This document shows positions 13,991 to 25,759 of a DNA stretch of 64,000 nucleotides, one piece after another. The notes beneath the pieces were generated by a model that searched no databases, had not been told where the DNA came from, and saw only the letters and a list, made by a program, of their open reading frames with translations. Position 1 is the stretch's first letter. Each line of letters starts with the position of its first letter. The DNA lies in NCBI GenBank assembly GCA_036785375.1, contig JAWMAR010000792.1:372001-436000 (forward strand), given 5' to 3'. The position numbers were made by a program, and so were the translations under genes. Origin of the DNA: Leucoraja ocellata. Its lineage: Eukaryota.

Positions 13991-14292
13991 AGTTGCTTTC
14001 CGAAGAATATCTCATTATAAGTACCATTGTGTCAATGGAGGAAAGAGAATTGGGGCTAGAGTGTTTCAGACTCGTTATTTTTCCAGGTAGGATTTTCAAA
14101 AATAAAGGACTTTTATAATAGCAATATTTTTGTTATTTTGGTTACTGTAAACTAAAATTACGACTGTTACATTGTTTAATCTAATATAGAGATGCACGTT
14201 TCAAATAGAAGTGATTGCTTGTCAATTTCAAAGGGCACTCGTGGTTAAAGTAGCAGCGATGTTCTTAAGATATAACTATAAACCAGTGATAC

Positions 14293-15033
14293 AGAAGGGG
14301 GAGAGAAGGGGGGGGGGAGAGAAGGGGGGGGGAGAGAAGGGGGGGGAGAAAAGGGGGGGGGGAGGGGGGGGAGAGAAGGGGGGGGAGAGAAGGAGGGGGG
14401 AGAGAAGGGGGGGAGAGAAGGGGGGAGAGAAGGGGGGGAGAGAAGGGGGGGAGAAGGGGGGGGAGAAGGGGGGGGGAGAAGGGGGGGAGAGAAGGGGGGG
14501 AGAGAAGGGGGGGGGAGAGAAGGGGGGGGGAGAGAAGGGGGGGGAGAGAAGGGGGGGGGAGAGAAGGGGGGGAGAGAAGGGGGGGAGAGAAGGGGGGGAG
14601 AGAAGGGGGGGAGAGAAGGGGGGGAGAGAAGGGGGGGGAGAGAAGGGGGGGAGAGAAGGGGGGGGAGAGAAGGGGGGGGGAGAGAAGGGGGGGAGAGAAG
14701 GGGGGGGAGAGAAGGGGGGGGAGAGAAGGGGGGGGAGAGAAGGGGGGGGAGAGAAGGGGGGGAGAGAAGGGGGGGAGAGAAGGGGGGGGAGAGAAGGGGG
14801 GGGAGAGAAGGGGGGGGAGAGAAGGGGGGGGAGAGAAGGGGGGGGAGAGAAGGGGGGGGAGAGAAAGGGGGGGAGAGAAGGGGGGGGAAGAGGGGGAGAA
14901 GGGGGGGGGAGAGGGGGGGGGAGAGGGGGGGGAGGAGAGGGGGGGAGGAGAGGGGGGGGGAGAGGGGGGGGGGAGGAGAGGGGGGGAGGAGAGAAGGGGG
15001 GAGGAGAGAAGGGGGGGAGAGAGAGAGAGAAGG
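14293..15033 (+). repeat. Purine-only G-rich satellite (G6-8 AGAGAA)n, ~740 bp
   Basis: Directly visible: a ~12-14 nt unit GGGGGGG(AG)AGAA repeated dozens of times, with essentially no pyrimidines on the + strand. Confidence 0.98.
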
Positions 15034-15422
15034 AGTAGAGACACTTTTAAGAAGTTTAATAAAGTTTAGCGGGCATTTTACCTACCGGTAGATTTTCTTT
15101 GGTCCTGAAAACTCCAATGAGCCAATCAAAATGCACGGTCAGTGAAGGAGATTGCCCTCTACTGCCTGTAACTAAATAGCGACCCCACTCCACCGCACTA
15201 CAAGTCAAAAAGAACCATGGCGACCAAATTTTATCGCGGAAAATGTTTCAACATGCTGAAAAAATTTCAGCGAGCTAGCTGAGGCCACGAGTATTCGGGA
15301 ACTTCCCTCGAGCATGAAGGAGAGTTCCAGCGACCTCATAGGACCTCGTGTCGACCATGCTGAGAGTTTGAAGGTCGAAGATACTCATCTAAGCTTGCAG
15401 ATTAGGTCGCCCAAGTGGGACA
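15034..15422. mobile_element. Right half of a PIF/Harbinger-like MITE
   Basis: Ends with attaggtcgcccaagtgggaca, as does the right TIR of 55872-56360. Shares gagcatgaaggagagtt…cctcgtgtcgaccatgctg with that copy. No left TIR found. Confidence 0.7.
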
Positions 15423-15574
15423 AAAAGGATGACTTTGTATTTTCTCTAAGGACTTCATACTCACTATTAATTGATACTAACTTGTTTCTTTAGATTTATT
15501 TAGTTAACAATATCATTCCACGAGCTCCTGTTCTATGTGCCACAATGAAATCTGAACCGACTACAGTGACCGAG

Positions 15575-15850
15575 CTATAGAAGTTATCATTCACAATTCC
15601 AGCAACCCAGTTCTATCTGATGCTGTCTGTGTGTACTTTGCATGTTCTCCCTTGGGCCACATGAGGTTTCTCCCAGGTGCTCAATTGTCACCCTACATCT
15701 CAAAGTTAATTGAGCATTGTAGACTGTCCTAGTATACAGTTGTACCATAGTATCTCCAGGGAATTGATGGAAATGTGGTGAGAATAAAATGAGATTAGAA
15801 TAATTGACAGAATGATTGCCGGACTCAGTGGGACAAAGGGCCTGTTTCTT
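15575..15850 (+). mobile_element. Degenerate tRNA-derived SINE
   Basis: gctgtctgtgtgtactttgcatgttctccc…ggtttctcccaggtgctc…gggacaaagggcctgtttc matches the SINE body at 53222-53520. Confidence 0.6.
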
Positions 15851-16659
15851 GACTCAATTTGGCACTTCTTTGACTCAATTTGGCACTTCAGATCACTAGT
15901 CCAAGACTCTGGGGATTACTAATCCACCATATACGTCTGCATCACCTCATATTCCCAGTTATAATAACCACTAGACATAACCCCCGAAATAAACAATTAA
16001 TTTAATTTAGTCATGAGAATTTCATCTCTCCGAACACAAGTATAATAAATTTACAATTAAAGTTATTAGGAAATCCAAGAGGTTGTTCTCAGAGAGTGCT
16101 ACAGCACTTGACAATATTGTGTTGGGAAATAAGCATTTATCAGACTACTAGTGCAAAACATTTTGCCTATTTTGTATATATACTATTATGACAGGATAAG
16201 AGTTATATATTATTATGATTTCATTAAACTCACAGTATTGTACTTTGTCATGTTATTTTATTAGAATAAGCTCACTCGATAAATTTGTGCAATATACTTT
16301 CCTCAGGTAGAACAGCACAACCAACTGGCATAACTCTCCTACAACTACCCATGACGAAGAACATTCTTTACCAGCTAATACATGTAAAAACATAGGCGAG
16401 ATCAAAGAATCATAGTAATAGTTTATTTATTTTCATACATGCGCCTATCGTACGGTGTTTCTAGCATTTCCTGTTTTATTAAAGATTTTCAACATCTGCA
16501 ATTTAAAAAAAAAATTCAGTCATTATGTTAGAACATTTTTTCCTACACCAGCAACCACAACTACACTTCCTCCATGCAAGCAAATACCCAAGGGAGACAA
16601 GTTTAGAACCTAGCATGAAAATATTACATATTATAAAGTATTTCACCATCAGCAAAAAC

Positions 16660-16852
16660 AAAGGTGGGTGTGGGTATATGGAACAAGCTGCCAAGAGGTA
16701 GTTGAGGCAGATACAATAACAACATTTAAGGCATTTAGATAGGTACAAGGGTAGGAAAGAGTTAAAGGGATATGGGCCAAACGGCGTTGTGGAACTAGTG
16801 GGGCATCTTGGTCAGCATGGCCAAATAGCACGGTTCCATGCTGTACAACTCT
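16660..16852 (+). mobile_element. CR1 3' end fragment
   Basis: ggtgggtgtgggtatatggaacaagctgcc…gaggcagatacaataacaacatttaag…ccatgctgtacaactct. Similar to 55135-55325. Confidence 0.65.
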
Positions 16853-17055
16853 ATAAATACAGTGCAACTGTGTAAACTATAATATATTCTGTTACTATAA
16901 AGCAAACTATTTTAAAATCACTCCTGCACTTTCAGATTACAAAGTCTAACTGTACATAACACACATCCTTGGGTCAGTCAGAATATATTCTGTTTGGACT
17001 ATGATTTTACTGGTGCATTCAGCTCTGTTAGAGAGGAGTATGAAATAACTCCTAC

Positions 17056-17226
17056 GTACACAAAAATGCTGGAGAAACTCAGCGGGTGCAGCAGCATCTA
17101 TGGAGCGAAGGAAATGGGCAACTTTTCGGGCCGAAACCCTTCTTCAGACTGGAAAAGGCAACGTTTTGGGCCGCAACCCTTCTTCAGACTGGAAAAGGCA
17201 ACGTTTTGGGCCGAAACCCTTCTTCA
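17056..17226 (-). mobile_element. Penelope-derived short element ending in three tandem 40-nt hammerhead-like units
   Basis: acacaaaaatgctggagaaactcagcgggtgcagcagcatctatggagcgaagg is nearly identical to the copies at 22466 and 26724. It is followed by a 40-nt unit starting at 17117, 17157 and 17197. Confidence 0.75.
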
Positions 17227-18109
17227 TGAAATAAGAGGAGGTAAAACACACTGTAGAAAATTGAGATAAACATACTCTAGAAACTGGGATTTTCAGATTT
17301 GCAGCTGACTCTTGCTGGCAAGTTCCACTGGCATCTCGCTGGTAAACTTGCTTCACGTACAGATTCTGATGGTATCAACAGCCACACTGAAATCACTGCG
17401 AGTCTCATTCTGCTTCCAGCCAATACTGATACATACAGCACCTTCTACTGGTATACATGCACAATAATAAAGAGCAGGAAATGGGGCTACTTTTCTTCTC
17501 CATAGTCCATAGGTTTTAACCCAATGATGCCAGCAGCTCTTCTGAAATCAACAAAATTAAAATAAACGAACTAAATTTAGGACCTTACTGACTGCCTTAA
17601 AAAGGTGAAAGCATTAATATCTTTGGCACATGATTAATACTATGAAATAAAAAAATGTTCACTGAGATTACAGATTCTTTAACTGCTGTAATTTTAATTA
17701 TAATGGGATATTAAACTAAGTGCCATTGAACCCTATTAATCAAGAGTTCATGGTGACACTGTAGTTATCCTAATCAATTAAAAAATAATAATACTAAAAA
17801 TACTGGTGCTTGAAAAGCCACCAGATGTGTCATTAACTGACATTAACAATATTAAATAAATTGTGGTACTCAAAAGATATACAGTTGAAGTTAACTTCTT
17901 GTATCTTGGCAGGAATTACATTACCTCCAACCCAGTCAATCAAATCCTGTTAGGTCGGAATAAAGCATCTGTCAAAAATAAACAGGATTTTAACAGCCCC
18001 ACAAGTTATTACCAATGAGGTGGAAAGAATGTTTGTACTTTTGATAGATCTGATTTTAATTTACAAACCGTAATGTTAAAATATAAACCATAGTAAATTT
18101 AGCACAAAC

Positions 18110-18136
18110 GTGTGTGTGCGTGTGTGTGTGTGTGTG
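18110..18136 (+). repeat. (TG)n microsatellite
   Basis: tgtgtgtgcgtgtgtgtgtgtgtgtg. Confidence 0.9.
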
Positions 18137-18611
18137 CTGGAAGAGAGAGGGGCAGGCTCCGTCTGCATCACCACTGCAGATGAACCAGTGAACAGAAGCA
18201 ACATGGGATGAATGGAATAAAGATGCCAAATCACATAAAGGCAGAAGACTAACAGGTTTTTCAGATGAAGTCATGGATTTGATTAAAGGATCCACAAAAG
18301 CATTGATCTTTTCATGCTGCATTTGCAGTACCTTTGATTTGGATTTGCTAGTCCTTGCCGCTTACCTTTTTAATGGCCTATATTTTCCAATTATTGTAAC
18401 TTATCTATGAATCGCACAATCTACCATGCAAATCGCACTGACGCCAGCCTGCTCCAGCTTTTGTTAGTTTGCGATTTAGAGTATACACAGTGAGTTTAGT
18501 AATGAAACAGACTCTGGGGGCAAGTAAGACGAAGTGGCAACATAATGACTATTTGAATATATACCATGCTGAAATGCAGTGTTGATGAATTTAGGCCTCT
18601 CCAATGCATTC

Positions 18612-19300
18612 ATTTTAAACATTAAACTTTGTCCCTCTCAAATTAAAGCTATGCCCTCTAGTTTTTGAGCTTTGCACGTTGGGAAAAATCTTCTGTCTGT
18701 CTACCCAATCTATGCCTCTCATAATTGTATATACTTCCATTAGTTCTACCCTCTGAGGCTCCAGAAAAACAATCCATTTGTCCATCCTGATACCTAATAC
18801 TTTATAATCCAGGCACCATTCTGGCAAGCGTCTTCTGTGCCCTCTCCAAAACCTCCACATTATTCCTATAATAGGGCAACTAGAACTGCATACACTACTC
18901 CAAATGCAGTCCACCAAAACTTCAACATGACATCCTGACTCTTATACTCAATATCACATCCATGAATGCAAGCATACCATACCCCTTCTTTCCCACTCTA
19001 CTTGTGTTGCTACTTTCAATGAGCTGTGGACTTGGGACTCCACAATCCTTCCCCACAGACCTCCAGTCAGAATAGCATCCTTCCTTCTGTTTTCTATGAT
19101 TATGACAATTCTGAATCTAAATTATCATTCATCATGGATCCGATACATTTTAATCTTCTGGATCAGCTTACCATGAGAGTAGTTATCAAATGCTTTACTA
19201 AAATCCATGTAGACAACATCCACTTCCTTACCCACATCGATCATATTGTCACCTCCTCAAAAAACTCAATCACGTTCATAAGACATGGCCTGGTGCAACA
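18612..19300 (-). mobile_element. CR1 LINE RT fragment (decayed)
   Basis: ORF 18615-18917 has EVYTIMRGIDWVDRQKIFP…KTRGHSF, a CR1 C-terminal motif. 19180-19290 corresponds to the DVVYMDFSKAFD region on the minus strand. Confidence 0.75.
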
Positions 19301-20631
19301 GAACATGCCATCTTCTGCCCATCAATGGCATGTTCATCCAAAGCTCTGCTGAGCGTATCAAAACTTGCTCACAATTCTTGTGTATGTTGACCTACTTGGA
19401 TCAAATGCCACAACTATATCAATTTTAAAAACCTATCCTTGGTATTCACGGTATTTAAAAACACAAGTACTCCACCCTCACCATCCTTTCCCAGCCCTGC
19501 AAGTCTTCTTGATCTCCATGGTTCTCCATTATTAGTCTTGCGCGTCTCAGATTTCAGCAGCCAAGTATAAGCTTTGGCGTTCCCTCTGTAAACGTATCTA
19601 ACCAAACCATAATCATTTAGACTGATGTTATTTTATATGTGTTGGTGCTAACATTTTTTCCTGGCTAATATCCTTGCAATAAGATTTCTGAGATTTTTCA
19701 ATATGTCAGATAATTACATAAATACATTTAGAAAAAATCAAGAAAGAAAATGGATTACTAAAAGAGACAAAGAAAAGATGAAAATATTGTAAGTGAATAC
19801 ATTTTTAAAAAGTATGTGCCAATTTCTATATTTAGAACTGGTTACATTCGTGAATTATTGACCAAATCAAAAATCTTAGTCATAAACTATATTCAGAAAT
19901 TACCTTTTGAAGAAATTTGAAAGTGATTCCACGGCTTATTCTATTCTCTTACTAGGTGTTTAATTTGCATTCTATGTTGGAACAGTGGTTTATGGCATTA
20001 ATTGCCATCCTTAAATAGCATTAATCAAATGTATTCAGTTTTGTGGTATAAATCCCGTAATTCGAATGCAGAGGTTTATTACGAGGATGTTATTTTTCTA
20101 TTTCGCCTCAAATTATCATGTGATTTTACAGCATTGTTATTTATGAAATTGCTAATTTGTCACAAACTTCCAAGATTTTTGCAAAATTAATACCAGTCGA
20201 TACTTGCAAATTTATCTTCCAATTTCTCAGTTCTTATGGCGATACAATATAGTGAAGTGTTCTAAATGCAATAAAAAGGTGATCAATATCGATTTCAATA
20301 AACCACACTGTGATAATAATGCAACATTTATTGGAATGTTGACAATTTAAAGTGTGTTCTGCTGGATGTTTTTTCCCAAGCACTCTTCTGATCAAACATT
20401 TATCCCCCTATAACCTGTTGGAAGTATGTACCAAAGGAAACAAAACAGCTGGGACCTTGGTGAAAAATTGAAGCAATTGGTTCTGCTAACAACTGAGATT
20501 TGAATAGAACAAAAGTAGTGGAACAAAAAAAGAGTAAAGGAAAAGAAGGATTGACTGACTAATTTTCAGATGGATTCCTTCACATTGTGGTCCACCAGGG
20601 TTACAGGTATGATCAAGATGTTCATTGTTTT

Positions 20632-21428
20632 GCAGTACACCGTTCTCAGCCTGCAGCTGTCCGTCCTTTCACCCTTTTCTTTTATTTTTTAGTATGTTAT
20701 AAGTTCATTTGGAGGTCTAATCTTTTTTATGTGGGGGTTGGGGAATTATTTTTCTCAGTCCCTACCTTGTCGGAGATGTGGCTTTTCTCCGGTCCGTATC
20801 TTCGCCCCTTCCTCGCGGTCTACCACCGGGACTAGAGCGGCGTTTCTTGCCGGGACCGCCCAGAACTTCGGCTTCGGCGAAGCGCTGGGGCGCCATCAAG
20901 GAGCAGGCGATGCCTTGCCTGGGTTGCCGTGCAGTCGGCTCCGGAGTGCTGAGTCCGCCGGCTCTCAACATCGCGGAGCTTCCGGCCGCGGCGGCGCTGA
21001 CTTTTAAACATCGCGGAGCCTGGGATCTCTCGCCGAGATCGCCAGTGTTGGATCTGCGACCAGCGCGGCCTGTGGACTTCGGGAGCCGCGGTCTCTGGCA
21101 GCAAGCGGCCATTCCAGACGCTCCAAACCGCTGAAGAGTGTTCTCCAGACGCCGAAGTCCCATCATCCGGCGAGATGGCATGAACATCGGGCCGCCGTTG
21201 CGGCGACTGCGGAGGCCTCAATACGCCCGACCATGAGTGAACAAGAGGAAGAGGACTGGACTTTGTGCCTTCCCTCACAGTGGGAACCATTGTGGGGGGA
21301 TGTTTTTATGTTCAATTCTTTTTTAATGCGGTGTCTTACTTTTATTGGTGTGCTGCAAATGGCAACTCAAATTTCACTACACCAGAAATGATTTATGTGA
21401 CAATAAATGTCTTTTGTCCTTTGTCTTT
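20632..21428 (+). mobile_element. GC/CpG-rich non-coding SINE-like element with a Rex1-type tail (copy 1)
   Basis: Sharp GC-rich island in an AT-rich intron. Ends in tgtgacaataaa plus (TGTCTTT)-like repeats. Shares 5' and 3' blocks with 29572-30526. Confidence 0.6.
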
Positions 21429-21619
21429 CTATCCATCACTTCATGTTTAATGCCATTAAGTGGAACATGCATGGTCCTGACCTCCTGGTCCACATTAGAA
21501 CTGTCGCTCTACCACAAAGCTGCCCAGTTCTGCTATACATTTCATCGCTTGCTACATTTGGCAATTTTACAAAAATACCTCCCCCCCCCCCCCCCCCCCC
21601 CATCTTTCAGGCATCGCAA

Positions 21620-23470
21620 ATTGCAAACTTCAACAACCTTACATTCTAACACTCCTCCAGATCTTTCTTCCCCCTCGCTATTCTCTAACCCCATCTCTCC
21701 CTACTGTCATATCCCTTGCTATGCTTTCATTATTTCTTCAGGTTTTACTCCTTTGATCCTACCACACCCATCTCAATGAATTCAGACCCCGATATACTGT
21801 TGAGCTCTTTTTCTGCTGCATTCACCTTCATGCCTATTTCGTCAACCAAACTATGGGCCCTGTCCCCTTCTGCTGAATTTCTAATCCACCACCCCTCTGA
21901 CACTCCACATCGACTTTTCAACTGCAATTTCTCACTCTAACCTATACCACTCTGGACTTACAGAACTCTGTTCAGCAAAGATCAACTTCAATGTTGACAT
22001 CAAACCTGCATGATTGGTATTTGTTTCACCATAGGTAAACAATTCCTCAACTCTTCCAGCGCATACCACAAACTTACTGAGGAACTTTCAGTTCTTCCTT
22101 GAACAAAGGCACAACCATCTCCACTGCATTCTTCTTTTGCCAGCCTGAATATTCTCACATATATGCTCACTTCTCCTATGAGAACCATCATATGACGAAC
22201 AATGCCAGTTTCTTTGTGAATACGTCCATCAGACCAATTCAGGCTATGCGTCTCAGCCTTATTCCAGTAATCTAATGACTGTATCGCTCCTACATCCAAC
22301 TCTCATTGAGAAGTAAAAAATGTTGTCACCATTGCTGCTGATTTCCACTTGCTCTCACTTCCATCTGGTGCAACTATGACTCTTCCCTTCCCTTGAATCA
22401 TCTCAGCAAGTAGGTTAGTGACCAACATCCATTACTGGACCATAGGCACCTACAAATATCTTGGGTACACAAAAATGCTGGAGAAGCTCAGCGGGTGCAG
22501 CAGCATCTATGGAGCGAAGGAAATAGGCGACGTTTCGGGCCGAAACCCTTCTTCAGTCTGATCTTCGATCTTCCAGCATCTGCAGTTCCTTCATGAATAC
22601 AAATATCTTGACTGGTTTCTACAGGACCACATTCCAGTTACCTAGTTTCTCCAGCTGGTTTATGAGTACTTATTTTTTTTGTCCATCTTGTTACAAATGT
22701 TGGCTTCATTGTCATTGGGTCCGTCCTGAAAAGGACGCAAGCTTCTGGCGAAGATCAGTGGAAGCCATCATTTGTTGCAATAGATGATGGTGGTAGCAGA
22801 ATTAGCTCAGGATACTTCCAGTTTCCAGCCCCACAATGTGGACGCTTCTGCTAAAGAGCTGATATTGACTTTCCATACAAATGATTCTGGGATGTTTCCA
22901 TTAATTCTAGATTTCCCATCAAAGTGGACAGGCTCTTAACAGCACCAGTATCATTTTCCGTACTTCTATTCTCATCCTCTCTCCTATTAGTCGGAATAAG
23001 GATGAGGTTACTGTTGATAATTATTGTTTCACAAGCCTTCATTCAACAGATCATCCTTCATAATTTGCACCACCTTCATGTCAATGCCACCACCAGACCA
23101 ATCTTCCCATTCTCTCCTGTTATGACATTCAGAAGTGATCGTTCCCTCTGCAACTTTGTCATTAACTCTTCAATCAGTTCCAACTTCTTGTCTCCTTTTC
23201 ACCTTCCAATCAATTGCAGGAAACACAACATTTAGACGTCTTCTCCTCCCTCATCACCATCAAGAAGATCCTTCCAGTAAAGCAATTGTTCACTTACACT
23301 TCTTCCATTACAATCAGTGCTCATGGCACAGTCTCCCGAACACTGATGAAACCAAAAGTACCTCTTCACAAAACATCTTTGTCCAGTCCATGTTCTCCAC
23401 TGATACTGCCTGATCCACTGAATTACTGCTTTTATGTCTTTTTTTGAAACCAGCATCTGCAATTCCCTGT
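21620..23470 (+). mobile_element. Decayed Penelope-like retroelement (RT and GIY-YIG remnants, terminal repeat)
   Basis: Degenerate segments read like Penelope RT C-terminal motifs (gactcttcccttcccttga…accaacatccattac…tatcttgact) and a GIY-YIG-like cagtgctca…ctgatgaaaccaaa. Ends with ccagcatctgcaattccctgtg, shared with the other Penelope termini. Confidence 0.55.
22464..22597 (-). mobile_element. 134-bp Penelope-derived insert with an intact hammerhead-like core and 13-bp TSD
   Basis: Flanked by exact TACAAATATCTTG at 22451-22463 and 22598-22610. Minus strand 22556-22529 reads CTGAAGA-A-GGGTT-TC-GGCCC-GAAA-C-GTC. Confidence 0.8.
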
Positions 23471-23639
23471 GCCTAACGTTGTTTAACCTGCAAGGTTAAC
23501 CCTGAGCTTCAGTTGCATGTTTTTTAATTATTCACACTACTTCCAATCTGACCATGCTTTCTCTGACATTTTACACTGTTACAATGAAGGCAAAGTTAGC
23601 TCAAGAAACAACAGCTTATCTTCCTACTAAAGGAAATTA

Positions 23640-24480
23640 GTACCGGCAAAATAGTTCGGGAGAAATTATTATAAATCAATGAATCCCTGGAGACTCATAA
23701 TTTGCATCCCAGCAAAGGTGTTGCTGGTTAAATAACAGATGCACCAGTTATCATTTTACAGAATTCTATAGATTGTGGATTAGGTTCCACAGATTGGAAG
23801 GTGGCAAATGTTCAAAAGAAGAGAGAGAAAAGGAAACTACAGACCAATTAGTCTAACATCGGTAATTGGGAAAATGCGATGGGGTTATTTAAAATGGATG
23901 AGATAATCATTCAGTTATAAAGTACAAACCCAGGTTAGACAAAATCAGTGGATTTCTGGAAGGAAAATCATGTTTGAATGGAGATCCTAGAGGTAATTGG
24001 TGGAATAGGTAAAAACATAGCAGTGGATGTGATATACCTGTTAATTTGATAAAGAGCACATAAAATGTTATGGTGTAAAATTAAGGCACACGTTATTGGG
24101 GATGAAATAATGGCACGGTTCAAAATTGATTGACAGGTAGGAATAAATGGGTCTTTTGCAGAGTATCATGCAGCCACGGTTGACAGGAATCAGAGCTTGA
24201 AAGTCAGCTATTCATCATATATCATGATGGTTTGGATGAGGAAACAGAGTGTAGTAGTTTAAAACCTGCCAATGATACTTAGCGGGGCGGGTTGTAACTT
24301 GTGAAGAGGATACAAAGTGGTTTCACAGCGACTGACAGATTGAGCAGATGGAGAATAAATTCATACATGTTATAACATTGATAAATGCTAACTTATTCAT
24401 TTCAACTAGAAACGCAAAAAGGCAGTGTACTATATAAATGGTATTAGAATGGGAAGTGTTGACGTAGAAAGAGAAATTTA
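23640..24480 (+). mobile_element. CR1 LINE RT fragment (decayed)
   Basis: gattggaaggtggcaaatg…ggaaactacagaccaattagtctaacatcggtaattgggaaaatg corresponds to DWKVAN…GNYRPISLTSVIGKM, followed by VDVIY-like DNA. Many stops. Confidence 0.75.
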
Positions 24481-25554
24481 AAGCAAATTGTTTGCTTTAA
24501 CCGTAAATAATTGATGTATCATGAGGTATCATATTTACTTTAACCTCTAGATGTAGGTTCTAATGAAAGGTCGTTGATCCAAAACATAAACTTCTCTTCC
24601 ACATGTTATCTGATCTGCTGAGTATTTCTATGTTTTAATTTCAGATTTCCTGCACCAGCAATTTTCTGTTGTTTAACTTACTTCTAGCAGTTCTAGTTCA
24701 TATCAGAAATGCTCCTCTAACAAAATGGCATCAACCTGTAAAATGAACTATTTTCCTCTTTGTAGATGCTACCTGACTTTCTGCAGATTTTCAGCATCCT
24801 TCATTATTCTAGATTTCCACCACCCTTCGAATTTTGTATCTCACTGCACTAGCATAACTTTTTTTTCCGCGCTCCTATGTTCCCAACCATCTGCTTCTAT
24901 TGACATCAAACAAATCAGCCAAAGTTAACAATCCTTCAGTAGCGTCATTATTTGCATCATTTCGTTTCTCTTGATCTCCATCCTATCACAGATGTCCCCT
25001 TTGTTTTCACTATCCCTCCCCCTTCTCTGCAGTTTTAAAATACCATTCGTTTCTAACCAGAAAGTTCCAGCGATAGATCCTGAAGAGTTAAATGTGCGTC
25101 TCACCAGAGAACAGCCTGACTCAAGTATCTCCAACACTTTCCTTTTTAAGTGACAGTAACGTTGCAGGACACTTGCACTTTAATAGTAGAAACAACTAAT
25201 AACAAAATCTGGGTAATTTATTTGCCATTTAATTATTTACAATTCATGTTAACAACCATATAAACATCCTAGAAAGGGAAAATAACAGAACAGGTCGCTT
25301 GGCTGTTCGCACACATTAAGAAGAGTCCCTGCATTAATACAATTAATAAATTACAGAGGAAAACCTTCGGCTGTTATGCATTTTCCTAATGCTTCTCGGC
25401 GGCTCGAAGCAACAGGACTCTCAACGTGGAATTGTCAAATATAAAATCAGTGCGACTGGATAGGAAATAAAAACACCTGGTGCCCACCAGTCACTCACAT
25501 CGGTGAGCCAGCACTTTATATTGGCTGGAAAATCACTGAGGCCACATAAATGTA

Positions 25555-25735
25555 GATAAGACACAAAATGCTCCACTAACTGCGCAGGACAGGCAGCATC
25601 TCTGGAGAGAAGGGTCTCGACCCGAAACGTCACAGATTCCTTCTCTCCAGAGACGCTGCCTGTCCTGCTGTGTTACTCCAGCTTTTCTGTGTCTATCTTC
25701 TATGTATAATCAACATATGTAGTTCCTTCCTATAT
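25555..25735. mobile_element. Penelope-derived palindromic (fold-back) element
   Basis: Arms gacacaaaatgct…gcaggacaggcagcatctctggagagaagg and ccttctctccagagacgctgcctgtcctgc…tgtgtctatc surround gggtctcgacccgaaacgtc. Confidence 0.7.
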
Positions 25736-25759
25736 AAATGGAGGTTATTTTGCATGCTC

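Noticed and set aside
14211-15044. 275-aa Gly/Glu/Arg-rich and 259-aa Pro/Leu/Ser-rich ORFs
   Set aside because: Translations of the purine-only satellite, which cannot contain stop codons. Not proteins.
15846-15889. Small direct duplication (also 54751-54778)
   Set aside because: Ordinary slippage duplications with no further structure.
17117-17226. Regularly spaced repeats resembling a CRISPR array
   Set aside because: Head-to-tail units with no unique spacers, in a vertebrate intron with no cas genes.
17280-17541. Acceptor-like ttttgttgatttcag on the minus strand in IPO8 intron 1
   Set aside because: No convincing reading frame or recognisable protein, and IPO8 exons 1 and 2 join in phase without it.
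20729-21290. Overlapping ORFs and CpG island suggesting a nested gene or alternative promoter
   Set aside because: Shares terminal blocks and tail with 29572-30526, so it is better explained as a repeat.
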